Below are positions 30,144-41,135 of a DNA stretch of 64,000 nucleotides, one piece after another. Both the position numbers and the translations under genes were made by a program. This stretch comes from Candidatus Poribacteria bacterium (GTDB lineage Bacteria; Poribacteria; WGA-4E; WGA-3G). The DNA lies in the NCBI GenBank assembly GCA_965242965.1, contig OZ251518.1:4992001-5056000 (forward strand), in the 5' to 3' direction. Under the pieces are notes generated by a model. The model had not been told where the DNA came from. It was given only the letters and a program-made list of their open reading frames with translations, and ran no database searches. The first letter of the stretch is position 1. The number at the start of each line of letters is the position of its first letter.

Positions 30144-31535
30144 TTATCCATCCGGATTTTGCGTTAATTTCAGTGAAATGCGATAGCCTTCTAACCCCGG
30201 GTCGGTGTCAACAATGTTTTGGACTTCTTCAGGGTTCCGCCGTTTTGCGGGGAAGTTATCCGCATTCGCGCACCGGAGCCCGATGCGTGCGCCGACAGCA
30301 CTCGCGGCGCGTAAGTTTTCCAATTTGACTTTCTCCAACGTATCATAGGCGGTATGCCCGAATCCCCTGCCGGAGGGTGGTGCCTCCGCATCGCCGATAT
30401 GGGCAGAGGGGACACCTTTCAGGAAAAACGGAAAGTGATCTGAGTAAGAATGCACCTTCTGTCCTACCGGCATTTCCGCGTGGCATTGCGCCGCTGCTTC
30501 CTCAAAAAAGGATTGAAGCGACTGCCATTGATGCAGGACAATGCCTTTGCGGCTCGCGCCGCCAGCGGCATCCATATTCAGCATAAACCGCACGTTATCT
30601 AACTCGGCGGCGTGCGCGTCAACATACCGAAACGCGCCGGTGAGCCCAATCTCTTCCGTGCCGAAAGCGATAAACCGGACGGTGCGGTTGAGTGAACCGG
30701 CGGTATAGGCAGACAGCACTCGCGCCGCTTCCATCACCGATACCATGCCGGAGGCCGGATCATGCGCGCCTTGCGAGATGTCGTGGCCATCGTAATGGCA
30801 TCCTAAAATGACCTGCTCATTGCGATGGCGGCCGCGCCCCGGCAATTCGGCGACGACGTTCCACGAAGTGCGCGGTTCGTTGATGTCTGTCGTGCGGAGT
30901 TTCAACGTCACTTTCCCGTGCCGTGCGAGTGAACGGAGTAAAAACTCGCCGTCCTCTTTGCAAACGGAGATGCCGGGAATGGGTGCGGCTCTGTCATTCT
31001 GCAGGCTGCCTGTCTCAGGGCCAACGCCGGGGTGTTCGCTGACGAAAATAAAGGCACCCGCGCCCCCGAGCACGGCGCGCTCAAACTTCTCCTTCCGATG
31101 CACCCATCTGCCTAAATCTGGCGGCGAAGAGCTCTGCGCCATTACCAGTTTTCCGGCGAGGGTGCCCCCGAGCGCGCTGTATTCCGCGGGGCTTCCACAG
31201 CCGGCGGAGACGAGTTCACCGGTGATGTCGCCTGCGGGACAATAGGGCAGCGAGATGCAGTGCAAAGCGCGTTGCATCGGCGCAATCATCTCTAGCGTCG
31301 CTGCGCCGCGCGTCCAACCTGCATAAGGATACTCTTCTAATTTGACGTTTTGGAGTCCGTAGCGTTTAAAGCATTCGGCGATGAAGTTTGCGGCGGCGTA
31401 TTCTTCCGGCGTTCCGGCGAATCGGGAGCCGTAGTCGTCGCATAACACCGTCAAATTCTGCATGACTTCTGGGGAAGTATAAATGTCGCCGATTATCTGC
31501 CGGTCCAACTGTAAATAGGGATTTGTTTTGCTCAT
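30144..31535 (-). CDS. M28 family aminopeptidase with PA domain
   Basis: GCHYDG, GAHDPASG, GTEEIGL, NMD, YSDHFPF, GHTAYD. Confidence 0.92.
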   Translation of the reverse strand: MSKTNPYLQLDRQIIGDIYTSPEVMQNLTVLCDDYGSRFAGTPEEYAAANFIAECFKRYGLQNVKLEEYPYAGWTRGAATLEMIAPMQRALHCISLPYCPAGDITGELVSAGCGSPAEYSALGGTLAGKLVMAQSSSPPDLGRWVHRKEKFERAVLGGAGAFIFVSEHPGVGPETGSLQNDRAAPIPGISVCKEDGEFLLRSLARHGKVTLKLRTTDINEPRTSWNVVAELPGRGRHRNEQVILGCHYDGHDISQGAHDPASGMVSVMEAARVLSAYTAGSLNRTVRFIAFGTEEIGLTGAFRYVDAHAAELDNVRFMLNMDAAGGASRKGIVLHQWQSLQSFFEEAAAQCHAEMPVGQKVHSYSDHFPFFLKGVPSAHIGDAEAPPSGRGFGHTAYDTLEKVKLENLRAASAVGARIGLRCANADNFPAKRRNPEEVQNIVDTDPGLEGYRISLKLTQNPDG

Positions 31536-31825
31536 TTTTTCGTTGTTCGCGAGGCGTTCGATAACGTGCGTTTTTGCAATAACCTGCGTTTGCGTAATCC
31601 GTCTTCGCCGTTGGCGAAGACTACGTTTTTGAGGCTAGCGCGGCTGTTGTTATTCGCGAGGCGTTTGATAATGTGCGTTTTTTCAATAGCGTGCGTTTGC
31701 GTAACCCGTCTTCGCCGTTTTTTCGTTATTCGCGAGGCGTTCAATAACGTGCGTTTTTGCGATGACGTGCGTTTGCGTAATCCATCTTCGCCGTTGGCGA
31801 AGACTACGTTTTTGGCTAGCGCGGC
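31536..31825. repeat. Second REP-like family: tandem units with an AAC-loop hairpin and a GAACGCCTCGCGAA tail
   Basis: TCTTCGCCGTTGGCGAAGACTAC x2 and TTCGCGAGGCGTT x3; fills the whole intergenic gap. Confidence 0.88.
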
Positions 31826-32713
31826 TTAGACACCTTGCATCGTCTCGCTAGGAGTTCGCTCGCCTTGTGGCATCACTTCTGCTTGCTCGGTGGAAGGAAC
31901 TTGCGGTGTTCGCGGCAAGGTGCTCATCCGTGAGTTCGCAATCTTTTTGAGTTGCCACATATCCAGTATTTGGATGCGCCGAAACCGCTTTTTAATGAGA
32001 TAATGCCGCTGGAACTGCTCCAAGAGCTCTTCTATTTTTTCCTCTGAACTCCCAATGAGTCGTGAGAACGTTTTTGTTGAAAATTTGCATGTCCACACCG
32101 TGCCATTCGGTAGAGGCGGCATGGTGTGGTTCTGAAGCAGTAACGCTAGCCGAGATGCCGAAGACCGGAAGGCGATGTGGCTTAATTTGTTGGTAATCGC
32201 CGGTTGGCGCGGGACAGGTTTCTCACGCCCTACGTGCTGCGAGAAATAGGCAGCACGGACAGGTTTCCATCGCTTTATGAGACGCTGCGCGAACTGGCTG
32301 AGTCTCCGGGTGAACCGATTAAACTGGTTGCGCCCCGGCATCGCCAAATGCGGTTTCCGTTTTAAGAAAAATAGGAAATTCCGCACGCTGACAATTCCGA
32401 CGACTGCCGCCGTAATCGTCTCGGCGGTGACGTTAGGGAGCCGATTGTCTTCTTCCCACGCGACTGCACCAAACATTTCTCCCGGTTCCAGCACTTCCAA
32501 AGTGGCAGGTTCGGCATCATCTGTCGGTGTTTCATAGATTTTGACGCGCCCTTCCTTGATTAAATAAACGCCTTCGTCACAGAGCGACTCATCGATTTTG
32601 AGACGTTTGAACGTTGTTATCTGTGCCAACGCGTCCGCGTCTGCTTCGGCAAAATCGCGGAAGATATCAAACTGTTTGATGCACCAAAATCGCTCGGATA
32701 CGAGGTTTTTCAT
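31826..32713 (-). CDS. Crp/Fnr family transcriptional regulator
   Basis: VYLIKEGRVKIY, LEPGEMFG cNMP-binding fold; RLALLL and C-terminal HTH (SRLIGSSEE). Confidence 0.85.
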   Translation of the reverse strand: MKNLVSERFWCIKQFDIFRDFAEADADALAQITTFKRLKIDESLCDEGVYLIKEGRVKIYETPTDDAEPATLEVLEPGEMFGAVAWEEDNRLPNVTAETITAAVVGIVSVRNFLFFLKRKPHLAMPGRNQFNRFTRRLSQFAQRLIKRWKPVRAAYFSQHVGREKPVPRQPAITNKLSHIAFRSSASRLALLLQNHTMPPLPNGTVWTCKFSTKTFSRLIGSSEEKIEELLEQFQRHYLIKKRFRRIQILDMWQLKKIANSRMSTLPRTPQVPSTEQAEVMPQGERTPSETMQGV

Positions 32714-33303
32714 TGGTTTTCAGATGTGTCAGGAAATTCAACGAGGCGATAGATATGCTGCAAGGACAACTCACAGTCAGCGGCGACGATGGACAGCACG
32801 TCGTCACTGTCCCGAAATTCGGTGAGGAGCCACTGCGTTCCTTGGCGGAGGTAATGCTCCACGTGAACGCTTTCCTGTGAGATAAGGATGTATTCATGTA
32901 GCGATTCAAGTTGCCGATATTGCGCGAATTTTTCGCCTCTGTCGCGTGCCTCGGTAGAAGGCGATAGCACCTCTATGACAACCGCCGGATTGAGGAGCGT
33001 GTCAAAGACATCATCCTCAAAGCGCGGTTTGCCGCGGACGATGACAACATCCGGGTAGAGATAGGCACCAGACGCATCTATTCCGACGCGCATGGCACCA
33101 GCGTAGACTCTGCATTCCCGTTCGATCAATTGGTTGTAAAGTCCAGTCGATGTATTCATCGTGATGAGGTTATGTGCTTCGCTTGCGCCGGACATTGCGC
33201 GTATCACTCCGTTGAGGTATTCGTTTTTGAAAGCCGCCTTGCGCTCCCAGGCGAGATATGCCGCCGGGGATAAATGCGTCGGGGCTGCAATAGGGATGGA
33301 CAT
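32710..33303 (-). CDS. Uma2 family endonuclease
   Basis: EYLNG, MSGASEAHN, YPDVV, IEVLSPSTEARD, EYILISQ. Confidence 0.93.
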   Translation of the reverse strand: MSIPIAAPTHLSPAAYLAWERKAAFKNEYLNGVIRAMSGASEAHNLITMNTSTGLYNQLIERECRVYAGAMRVGIDASGAYLYPDVVIVRGKPRFEDDVFDTLLNPAVVIEVLSPSTEARDRGEKFAQYRQLESLHEYILISQESVHVEHYLRQGTQWLLTEFRDSDDVLSIVAADCELSLQHIYRLVEFPDTSENQ

Positions 33304-33476
33304 GAGTGCCTCCTCTTGCCTTAATGCTCAGAGTGATTCAAATCTCCGCTTCTGTAATTTGAGTTTTCCGGTGCTCAAAAGGCTAAGATTCGGATAACTG
33401 GTTTCCCTACAGAGACGAGACGAATCCACCGCATTTAGTCTTAATAGTATACAGACAAATCGCCAAAAAAGCAAAT

Positions 33477-33551
33477 TTATTTTTCTTGGTTGTAGATACC
33501 GATGCCAAGCGCGATAATGCCGGCAATTGTGCCAATGACGAGGTGTTTCAT
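33477..33551 (-). CDS. Putative 24-aa single-TM peptide MKHLVIGTIAGIIALGIGIYNQEK
   Basis: ATG overlaps the Uma2 stop (ATGA); hydrophobic core with a charged tail. Confidence 0.4.
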   Translation of the reverse strand: MKHLVIGTIAGIIALGIGIYNQEK

Positions 33552-34141
33552 GGGTTTTCAGGTGTATCAGGAAATTCAACGAGGCGATAGATATGCTGCA
33601 AGGGCAACTCGCAGTCAGCGGCGATGATGGACAGCACGTCGTCACTGTCCCGAAATTCGGTGAGGAGCCACTGTGTGCCTTGGCGGAGGTAATGCTCGAC
33701 ATGAACGCTTTCCTGTGAGATAAGGATGTATTCATGGAGCGATTCAAGCTGCCGATATTGCGCGAATTTTTCGCCTCTGTCGCGTGCCTCAGTGGAAGGC
33801 GATAGCACCTCTACGACAACCGCGGGATTGAGGAGCGTGTCAAAGACATCATCCTCAAAGCGCGGTTTGCCGCGGACGATGACAACATCCGGGTAGAGAT
33901 AGGCATCCGCTGCCCCGGCGCGGACACGCAAATCGCCGACATAGAGGCTATACTCCAAGTCGTCCAACAGGTTACCAAGCCTCAGTATCATATTCACCGT
34001 AACGCGATTGTGTGCTTCGCTTGCACCGGACATTGCGAGTATGACTCCGTTGAGGTATTCGTTTTTGAAAGCCGCCTTGCGCTCCCAGGCGAGATATGCC
34101 GCCGGGGATAAATGCGTCGGGGCTGCAATAGGAATAGACAT
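33548..34141 (-). CDS. Uma2 family endonuclease (tandem paralog)
   Basis: Nearly identical to 32710-33303 except for a divergent segment around residues 46-79. Confidence 0.93.
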   Translation of the reverse strand: MSIPIAAPTHLSPAAYLAWERKAAFKNEYLNGVILAMSGASEAHNRVTVNMILRLGNLLDDLEYSLYVGDLRVRAGAADAYLYPDVVIVRGKPRFEDDVFDTLLNPAVVVEVLSPSTEARDRGEKFAQYRQLESLHEYILISQESVHVEHYLRQGTQWLLTEFRDSDDVLSIIAADCELPLQHIYRLVEFPDTPENP

Positions 34142-34206
34142 GAGTGTCTCCGCTTGCCTTAATGCTTGTATTAATAGTATACAGGCAAATCGCAAAAAAA
34201 GCAAAT

Positions 34207-35004
34207 TTAACTTTTATCGGTAGTTGAAGCGTTATCAACGGCGCGAATGGCGTTGGCACAGGATTTGTCAAAAAAACGATGATAAAAAAGCGTGCCGAGA
34301 ATTTTATAGCCTGCCTTCAACGTCCCCAAAACTGTGCCGCTAATCTTAGAAGTGCCGATGCGTTTTCGATAGCGGACAGGCACCTCACAACCTCGCATCC
34401 CCATTTTTGCCGATTTAATCTGCATTTCAACTGTCCAACCGAACGTTTTGTCCTGCATATCCAATGCTAGCAGCTGCGGATAACGGATAGCGCGAAACGG
34501 CCCGAGGTCTGTCCAACGCACGCCGAAAAACCAACGCATGAGGCGGCACGCCAGCCAATTCCCAAACCGTGCTTGCGGTAACAGCGCGCCTTTTGAGGTG
34601 CTTACCCGTGAGCCGACGACAAAATCCGCTTTTCCCTCAAGAATCGGTTGGACAAGTTGCGGCATCTCTGTCGGGTAATCGCTATAGTCGCCATCAAGAA
34701 AGACGACGATGTTGGGTTCTGTCACCGCCGCGATGCCGGCGAGACAGGCGTACCCGTAACCTCTTCGCGGTTCTGTCACCACTTTCGCGCCATTCTGTTT
34801 GGCTACTGCCACCGTATTGTCGGTGCAACCATTGTCAACGACGATAATCTCCTGCACGAGAGTTTTCGGAATATCGCCGATGACGTTGGCAATAGCACCC
34901 TCTTCATTCAACGCAGGAATGATGACAGAAATTTTTTGTCGTGGCGCAAGGCGTTCAATTCGCATTTCTGGTGCGCGGTTCCTGTCCCCTGAATCCCTTG
35001 ACAT
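34207..35004 (-). CDS. Glycosyltransferase family 2
   Basis: VIIPALNEE, VVDNGCTD, FLDGDYSD, TDLGPFRAI. Confidence 0.95.
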   Translation of the reverse strand: MSRDSGDRNRAPEMRIERLAPRQKISVIIPALNEEGAIANVIGDIPKTLVQEIIVVDNGCTDNTVAVAKQNGAKVVTEPRRGYGYACLAGIAAVTEPNIVVFLDGDYSDYPTEMPQLVQPILEGKADFVVGSRVSTSKGALLPQARFGNWLACRLMRWFFGVRWTDLGPFRAIRYPQLLALDMQDKTFGWTVEMQIKSAKMGMRGCEVPVRYRKRIGTSKISGTVLGTLKAGYKILGTLFYHRFFDKSCANAIRAVDNASTTDKS

Positions 35005-36011
35005 CAGAACTTTGTCGCCGGTTCCTCTACCGTCTCAAGCAGACGTTGGATGACCGCGTCCGAATCGACTCCCTCTGCCTCAGCGTGGAAATTGGTTAAG
35101 ATGCGATGCCGTAAGACTGCCGGCGCGACCGATTTTACATCGGTAATAGAGGCATTGTAGCGTCCCTTCAAAATGGCTCTCGCTTTCGCGCCTAGGATGA
35201 GATACTGTCCGGCTCGCGGTCCCGCGCCCCATCGCACCCACTGCTGGATGAAATCAGGGGCCTTCTCCGCTTTCGGACGGGTTGCGCGGGCGAGTCGCAC
35301 GGCGTATTGCACGACGTTATCCGCCGCGGGGACACGCCGGACGATTTTATGCAATGCCAAAATCGCCTCACCGGAAAGCGCGGTTTCAAGTTCCGGTTCG
35401 TCAGCACCTGTCGTTGACGAGACGATCTGCGTCTCGTCCGCCTCGCTCGGATAGCCGATGACGACTTTGAACATGAACCGGTCCAACTGCGCCTCCGGTA
35501 GCGGATACGTGCCTTCTTGTTCAATCGGGTTCTGCGTGGCAAGCACGAAGAAGGGCTGTTCAAGGTGGAATTCGGTGCCACCGGCGGTGACGTGATGCTC
35601 CTGCATCGCTTCCAAGAGCGCAGCTTGCGTCTTGGGCGGCGTGCGGTTAATCTCATCGGCGAGAAGAATGTTCGCGAAGATAGGGCCCTGAATGAACCGA
35701 ATAGTCCGGTGCCCCGTCGTCCGGTCTTCCTCTAGCACATCGGTGCCAGTGATGTCGGCGGGCATCAGATCTGGGGTGAACTGGATGCGTTTGAATTTCA
35801 GGTTCAAGATCTGCGCCAACGTCTTAATCATCAGCGTTTTGGCGAGCCCCGGCACGCCTTCTAGCAGACAGTGCCCACCGGCGAAGAGTGCCATCAACAT
35901 CTCGTTGATAACCTCCTCTTGCCCGACAATCACCTTTTTGAGTTGTGCCAAGATAAGTTCTTGGCTTTCCATGAGTTCTTCAATAGCTTGAACTTCTTCT
36001 GTTGCTGGCAT
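35004..36011 (-). CDS. MoxR family AAA+ ATPase
   Basis: [50 protein letters not shown]. Confidence 0.97.
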   Translation of the reverse strand: MPATEEVQAIEELMESQELILAQLKKVIVGQEEVINEMLMALFAGGHCLLEGVPGLAKTLMIKTLAQILNLKFKRIQFTPDLMPADITGTDVLEEDRTTGHRTIRFIQGPIFANILLADEINRTPPKTQAALLEAMQEHHVTAGGTEFHLEQPFFVLATQNPIEQEGTYPLPEAQLDRFMFKVVIGYPSEADETQIVSSTTGADEPELETALSGEAILALHKIVRRVPAADNVVQYAVRLARATRPKAEKAPDFIQQWVRWGAGPRAGQYLILGAKARAILKGRYNASITDVKSVAPAVLRHRILTNFHAEAEGVDSDAVIQRLLETVEEPATKF

Positions 36012-36085
36012 TTCTCCTCCTATTTCGTTTTAATGTGGCAGGACAGACGCAAATGCATCAGGCTCCAGTGCGTGCTGCAGCCATC

Positions 36086-39019
36086 CTAATCAAGCCGCTT
36101 CAGGATAAACCGTTTTGGACCGCGGTTGGAAGCAATCCGCACCACATCTTTGAGATGCATGATTTGGCTTGGCTCAACCCGCGGGGTATAGAAACTGACC
36201 GTTTGTCGCATTTCTGCCTTCCGCTTAGAATGCGTGTAGGCGAGTTCAATAGCGGCGACATCGGTTCTCAGCGTCTGTGCATCCGGAACGGTATCAATAA
36301 CGAAGGGTGCATCCGCATGCACGCCGACTTTGTCTTCAAATATCAACGCTTTTCCGATGACAGCAGGATGCGTGCGATGCTCCTCGCTGAGCAGTTCCGC
36401 GTAAGGGTGCTGAACAAGCGGGAGCTCTAGCACAAATTGACTGCCGATCGCGTATAGATATTCCTTGCATGTCCACGTAAGCGAAACCTTCAGTTCGCGC
36501 TTTAATTCGCGCAAGCCCGATATTTTGAATTCCTCGATTTTGGCGCGTTCGTCTAATTCTAGTGCCTCGTGAAGAAACTCGGCTTGCTCCTCCTCGGTGC
36601 TTAAGTGCGAGAGTTTGCTCCGAAGTTTCGTGTTGAAACTCCCTGTCAGCGTGAGCCCTTGGCGGACTGTTACGCTCAAGTCTTTTTTCACCTGCACCCG
36701 AGTTTCTACACGTTTGATGTTGGACGCTGCGTCCAATGATGGGCTCATCTGGAAGAGATAGAGCCGGTCGGCGAGTGTGTTCGCGCCGCTGTTGGATTCA
36801 GATGTCCCTTCCAGAAAATCTGGATTGATGATAAGTGTCCATCTACCCTGGTCGCTCGCCGGAAAATCGCCGAAGGCGCAGGTTTCAGCAGTCGCATCCA
36901 ACCAGAGGAATTCGTCGTTTTTTTCACCCTCAACAGCGAGAATCATGTGATTGAAGTATGCCAACGAGGGGACTTCTTTGACAATCTCGCGCGAGTCGCC
37001 CGCGGAGATGAGCACAGGATAGGAGGCGATGCCGGCGTGCTTCAGCATCGTTGAGAGCAGCGTCGTTTTATCCTTGCAATCACCGCGGCCTTCTTTCAAA
37101 ACGGCAGAGGCTGGATACGGTTTAATTGCCCAGATGCCGAGTTCAAAGCCGAGATAGCGGATTTGGGTGGCGACGTATTCATACAGCCGTCGGATTTTTT
37201 CTTTACGACTCCACGCCCCCCGGAGAAGCTCCTCTGTCTTCGCCTCAATGTCAGGCGTAATCGTATCTTGTTCGCGAATGAGGGTTGCATACCACGTCAC
37301 CAATTTATCCCAAGAATCCAGCGAAGAGAGGCTGATGTTGGAAGCCAAATCTTGCGGTGCCGGCATGAGATATTCCTCTCTCAGCGGCGGCACGTCGCGC
37401 GCCTCAAACGTATACGTGCGCGTGTAATTGTTCTCGGTGATAGTCGGTTCCATACCCGTAGTGTGGGAGTCTGTCCCTTGCAATCTCTCCCCACCCTTCA
37501 CAACATAGTAGAGTTCCTTTTTCTTCGGGATGTGCGCGCGGAACCGATAGAACTGCACTGGCACCGAAGTCTGGAAGTAAACCTGCCGCCAAAATTCTCC
37601 CTGCATGACGTGCCCGAGATTGTTCGTTGAGTAGGCGTAATCGATGATGCATCCGGGGGAGATTTCCGGCATTGTGAAATACATCAAGCGTGCATCCACA
37701 TAGAGCCCGGCTTCAACGGCACTCGGCGGCGGGATGTCGCGGATAATCTCGGCGAGGTTCAGTTCAACGATTTTCCCATCAGGCGTAAGCGTTCGGGCGT
37801 GATGGATGGTGACATCGTCCCTGCCGCGCATATACGGAATGCTGATTTCACCGAGCCCATATCCGTTCTCATTGAAAATTTTGGCAATGCGGCGGGTGGA
37901 ATAGATATGCTTACTCGCCTCGTCAATGTCGACTTCAACAGCCTCCCACAGCACGAGCGCGCCAGTATCGGGGTAATCCTTTTCATCTGGCACGTTTTCA
38001 AGCGCAGTTTGGATTGCCTGTTCGTCAGCATCGCTGATGAAGTCGTAAGGAATAGATGAAGAAGCTTCGTTTATCCTTCCACTATTCCCATGCCCCTGGG
38101 CAGGCGGTTCACCGGGCGCGTGGGGCTGGCCGTCTAATAGTGCAGCACCACGTCCCCTTTCCGAGGTGTCGGCGAGTTCCGGCGGTTCGGCTCGCACGGG
38201 CAATGCAGAACGCCGTTCCCCCAAGAACGTCTGCTCGGCGAGTTCTCCTTCACCGGTATCTTCCAAATTTTTGCGCGAGGGATTCCTGTCGCCGTTATCG
38301 TCCAGATGCGGATGTTCGGATTGCACTGAACCGTCATTTTCATACCACCCCTGCGTTTGTCCCTGCAGCCATAAAAACGCCTCTAACAGCGAAATGGCAC
38401 CGTCGCTGTTTGTGTCCGCAGCGGGAGTAGAAAATGCATCCACGAAGACATCGCCAAATCCCGCCTGCAGTGAGTATCCCTCGTTCCGTGAACTGGAGGT
38501 GATAACAATCGTTCCCTGCGCACTGACACCCTGCACGAACCTCGCACTGTAAGGGAAACCGAAGATGAGAATTTTCTGCGCCGCGGCGATGCCGTTGATG
38601 CTGGCGACGTATTCCGTTTCGCTAATATCGCGGCCCGGCAGATTGAATTTTAACCCTTGACTTGAACGCGACGCGTGTCCCATCATGAAAAGCAGAAATC
38701 TGTCCGCCGGTTGAATCTTTTCTGCAAGTTGCTTGAACGCCGTTAAAATCGGTTCCCGCTTTGCCGGCCCATCAACGATACCGGGGATGTTCCCCTCGTC
38801 TTCAAAGAGGAAGGTTATCTGCTCAGGCGAGTAGCCGTATTCGTCGGTGAGCAGTTGATGGAATCGCGAGGTTGCACTCCAGAATGCATCATAGAACGAT
38901 TTTTCGCCGCCCACGCCGCCGATGATGAGGACATAATCGGTGCCGCCAAAACTCATCGCGGGGATGAGGAAAACGGCGAGAATCGCTACTATCCATAGGT
39001 TTCGATGAGAATTTATCAT
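36086..39019 (-). CDS. Secreted fusion: caspase/C13-like domain + DUF3857 + transglutaminase-like domain
   Basis: Signal peptide; [32 protein letters not shown]; [18 protein letters not shown] triad. Confidence 0.85.
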   Translation of the reverse strand: MINSHRNLWIVAILAVFLIPAMSFGGTDYVLIIGGVGGEKSFYDAFWSATSRFHQLLTDEYGYSPEQITFLFEDEGNIPGIVDGPAKREPILTAFKQLAEKIQPADRFLLFMMGHASRSSQGLKFNLPGRDISETEYVASINGIAAAQKILIFGFPYSARFVQGVSAQGTIVITSSSRNEGYSLQAGFGDVFVDAFSTPAADTNSDGAISLLEAFLWLQGQTQGWYENDGSVQSEHPHLDDNGDRNPSRKNLEDTGEGELAEQTFLGERRSALPVRAEPPELADTSERGRGAALLDGQPHAPGEPPAQGHGNSGRINEASSSIPYDFISDADEQAIQTALENVPDEKDYPDTGALVLWEAVEVDIDEASKHIYSTRRIAKIFNENGYGLGEISIPYMRGRDDVTIHHARTLTPDGKIVELNLAEIIRDIPPPSAVEAGLYVDARLMYFTMPEISPGCIIDYAYSTNNLGHVMQGEFWRQVYFQTSVPVQFYRFRAHIPKKKELYYVVKGGERLQGTDSHTTGMEPTITENNYTRTYTFEARDVPPLREEYLMPAPQDLASNISLSSLDSWDKLVTWYATLIREQDTITPDIEAKTEELLRGAWSRKEKIRRLYEYVATQIRYLGFELGIWAIKPYPASAVLKEGRGDCKDKTTLLSTMLKHAGIASYPVLISAGDSREIVKEVPSLAYFNHMILAVEGEKNDEFLWLDATAETCAFGDFPASDQGRWTLIINPDFLEGTSESNSGANTLADRLYLFQMSPSLDAASNIKRVETRVQVKKDLSVTVRQGLTLTGSFNTKLRSKLSHLSTEEEQAEFLHEALELDERAKIEEFKISGLRELKRELKVSLTWTCKEYLYAIGSQFVLELPLVQHPYAELLSEEHRTHPAVIGKALIFEDKVGVHADAPFVIDTVPDAQTLRTDVAAIELAYTHSKRKAEMRQTVSFYTPRVEPSQIMHLKDVVRIASNRGPKRFILKRLD

Positions 39020-39492
39020 TTTGCTGGTTCCTCCGCAAAATCGCTTTTGCCACCCGTCTTTCTGACTAATCGGATTTCGGAGATGCGCATCCCTCTATCT
39101 ACCGATTTGCACATATCGTAAACGGTTAAGCCAGCCACCGACACCGCGGTGAGTGCCTCCATTTCCACGCCGGTCCGCCCGACTGTTTGGATTTCCGCTT
39201 CAATCTCAATGTGTTCATCCACGATTGCTAATGCGACGCGGACAGAAGTGAGCGCGAGAGGATGGCACAACGGGATGAGTTCGCCGGTGCGTTTCGCCGC
39301 CATGATGCCCGCGAGCCGCGCTATTTCCAAGACATCACCCTTTTTGATGCGCTGTTCGGCGATGAGTTGGAGCGTCTCCGGTTTGGCTGTCACATGTCCC
39401 CGCGCGATAGCGACTCGCAACGTTTCCTGTTTCTCACCGACGTTTACCATCCGTGCGTTGCCTTTTTCGTCAAAATGTGTCAGTTTATTCAT
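39016..39492 (-). CDS. moaC: Cyclic pyranopterin monophosphate synthase
   Basis: [29 protein letters not shown]. Confidence 0.98.
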   Translation of the reverse strand: MNKLTHFDEKGNARMVNVGEKQETLRVAIARGHVTAKPETLQLIAEQRIKKGDVLEIARLAGIMAAKRTGELIPLCHPLALTSVRVALAIVDEHIEIEAEIQTVGRTGVEMEALTAVSVAGLTVYDMCKSVDRGMRISEIRLVRKTGGKSDFAEEPAK

Positions 39493-41132
39493 CTGATAAT
39501 TCGCTCATAGTCCTCGCGAAACCGTTGGAGGTATCTTCCTTCACCGTGGTATGCGGCGACATCCGCAGGATATGGCTGAATCGGTTCGCCGCGTTTCAGC
39601 ACCGCCGCGCTGAATGCCTCAATGTCAAAAGGGTCAAAAGGGTCAAAAGGCGCGTCGTTAGCGTCGCAATATGCCTTCACACCGGCGACAGCGGCCCCGA
39701 GTGCCGCGCCGCCTTTTTCGACAGGGATGGCAGTTCTGTTCCAAATACCTGCGACGCGCCGCATGATTTCAGGGCTTTCTGTTGCACCACCCGTTACAAA
39801 CAACGGTGCCGCCGTTCTCTTCGCAAATCCTTGTGAATAGGCATAGACAGCGGCGAGGCTTGTCTCCACAACACCGGCGTAGTCACCGGCGAGTGTATTC
39901 GGGACAGAGACATCCCTCCTGCATCGAATCAACTCAAAAGCTGGTGAGACAGGAAACGACTCGGTTTTCGGCTGCCAAAACGTCAGGGAGTGTCCGGGTG
40001 AAGTTTCACGCAGTGCCGCTTCTGCTGGCGCGTAGTCCGCTTTCGCCAGTCCGTAGTGCCTTCTAACTGCATCCCAAACCATCGCGCCATTCGTGCGGCA
40101 CCCGAACATAAATGGTCTTCCGACTCCGTCATACATCGCATTGGCGAATCCCTCAGCGTCAAGCGTATCGCCATCTGTGGATACCATGTTCACGAAACTG
40201 GTGCCGAGGCTGAGTAAATCTCCCGCAACTGGCACTTTCGCCTGCGGATTGTCACCCGAACCGGCGACGACTTTGCAGCGTGGATTGAAGCCGTATTTGC
40301 TCACAAAATAGGCTGCAATCTCTCCGACAACCGTATCAGGCGGCGCAAGATGTGGTAATTTCTTGCGGAGTGCCGCCGCACTGCCGGGCAATCCATCTGC
40401 CGTTGCCGCGAACAATGTTTCATCCCAGTCTTTGCGCCGGTAGTTCATGAGAGACATGCCGCATGCGTTACCGTAGTCTATCGGCACGCGGCTCTCGCCA
40501 GCCAGCACCGCGGGGATAAAACTGCTAATCAGCTGAATGTTCGCCGTTTCCTCGTAGCATTGCGGGAACTGCTGCGCGACGCGCCGGATGATGCCACCCG
40601 TAAATCGAAGCGGCGCGTCGGAGCCGGAGAGCTCAATCATCCGCGTTTTGCCGCCGACTGCGTTCCGAACGTGCGTGGTTTGCTCCACCGTGTTGGCAGT
40701 CATCCAGATGGGTGCGGTGGGATAGGCGAAGCACTCTCCCAGCACAGCCGCCAAATCAGCCTCTCCAACTGTGCGCAATCCGTCAAAGATTTCGGCGGCG
40801 CGATGATTCAGATAGACATGCCCATGCTGCTGTCCTGAGGTGTTGACAACGACGATGTTCCCCAACGGCACGGCCGCCGCTTGCAGCTCAGCAAACATCG
40901 CATCAAGAGAGGCGAGATACATGAGTGGCGGTTGCTCCGCTTCGCCTTCTTCGCGCGGCGGCAGAATGTAGTCTTCACCGATGCCGAATCGGTTCAATCG
41001 CTCATCGGCGCGATAGTCTAGGGCATGCTCAAAGCACTTCTCTGCCGTGTCTATATCAATGACAATAGCAGAGAGGCTCTGCGTGCTGGAATCCAAACCG
41101 AGGGCCAGTCTTGATTTTTTCGAGTCACTCAT
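39489..41132 (-). CDS. FGGY family carbohydrate kinase (xylulokinase-like)
   Basis: [32 protein letters not shown]. Confidence 0.9.
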   Translation of the reverse strand: MSDSKKSRLALGLDSSTQSLSAIVIDIDTAEKCFEHALDYRADERLNRFGIGEDYILPPREEGEAEQPPLMYLASLDAMFAELQAAAVPLGNIVVVNTSGQQHGHVYLNHRAAEIFDGLRTVGEADLAAVLGECFAYPTAPIWMTANTVEQTTHVRNAVGGKTRMIELSGSDAPLRFTGGIIRRVAQQFPQCYEETANIQLISSFIPAVLAGESRVPIDYGNACGMSLMNYRRKDWDETLFAATADGLPGSAAALRKKLPHLAPPDTVVGEIAAYFVSKYGFNPRCKVVAGSGDNPQAKVPVAGDLLSLGTSFVNMVSTDGDTLDAEGFANAMYDGVGRPFMFGCRTNGAMVWDAVRRHYGLAKADYAPAEAALRETSPGHSLTFWQPKTESFPVSPAFELIRCRRDVSVPNTLAGDYAGVVETSLAAVYAYSQGFAKRTAAPLFVTGGATESPEIMRRVAGIWNRTAIPVEKGGAALGAAVAGVKAYCDANDAPFDPFDPFDIEAFSAAVLKRGEPIQPYPADVAAYHGEGRYLQRFREDYERIIR

Positions 41133-41135
41133 GAG

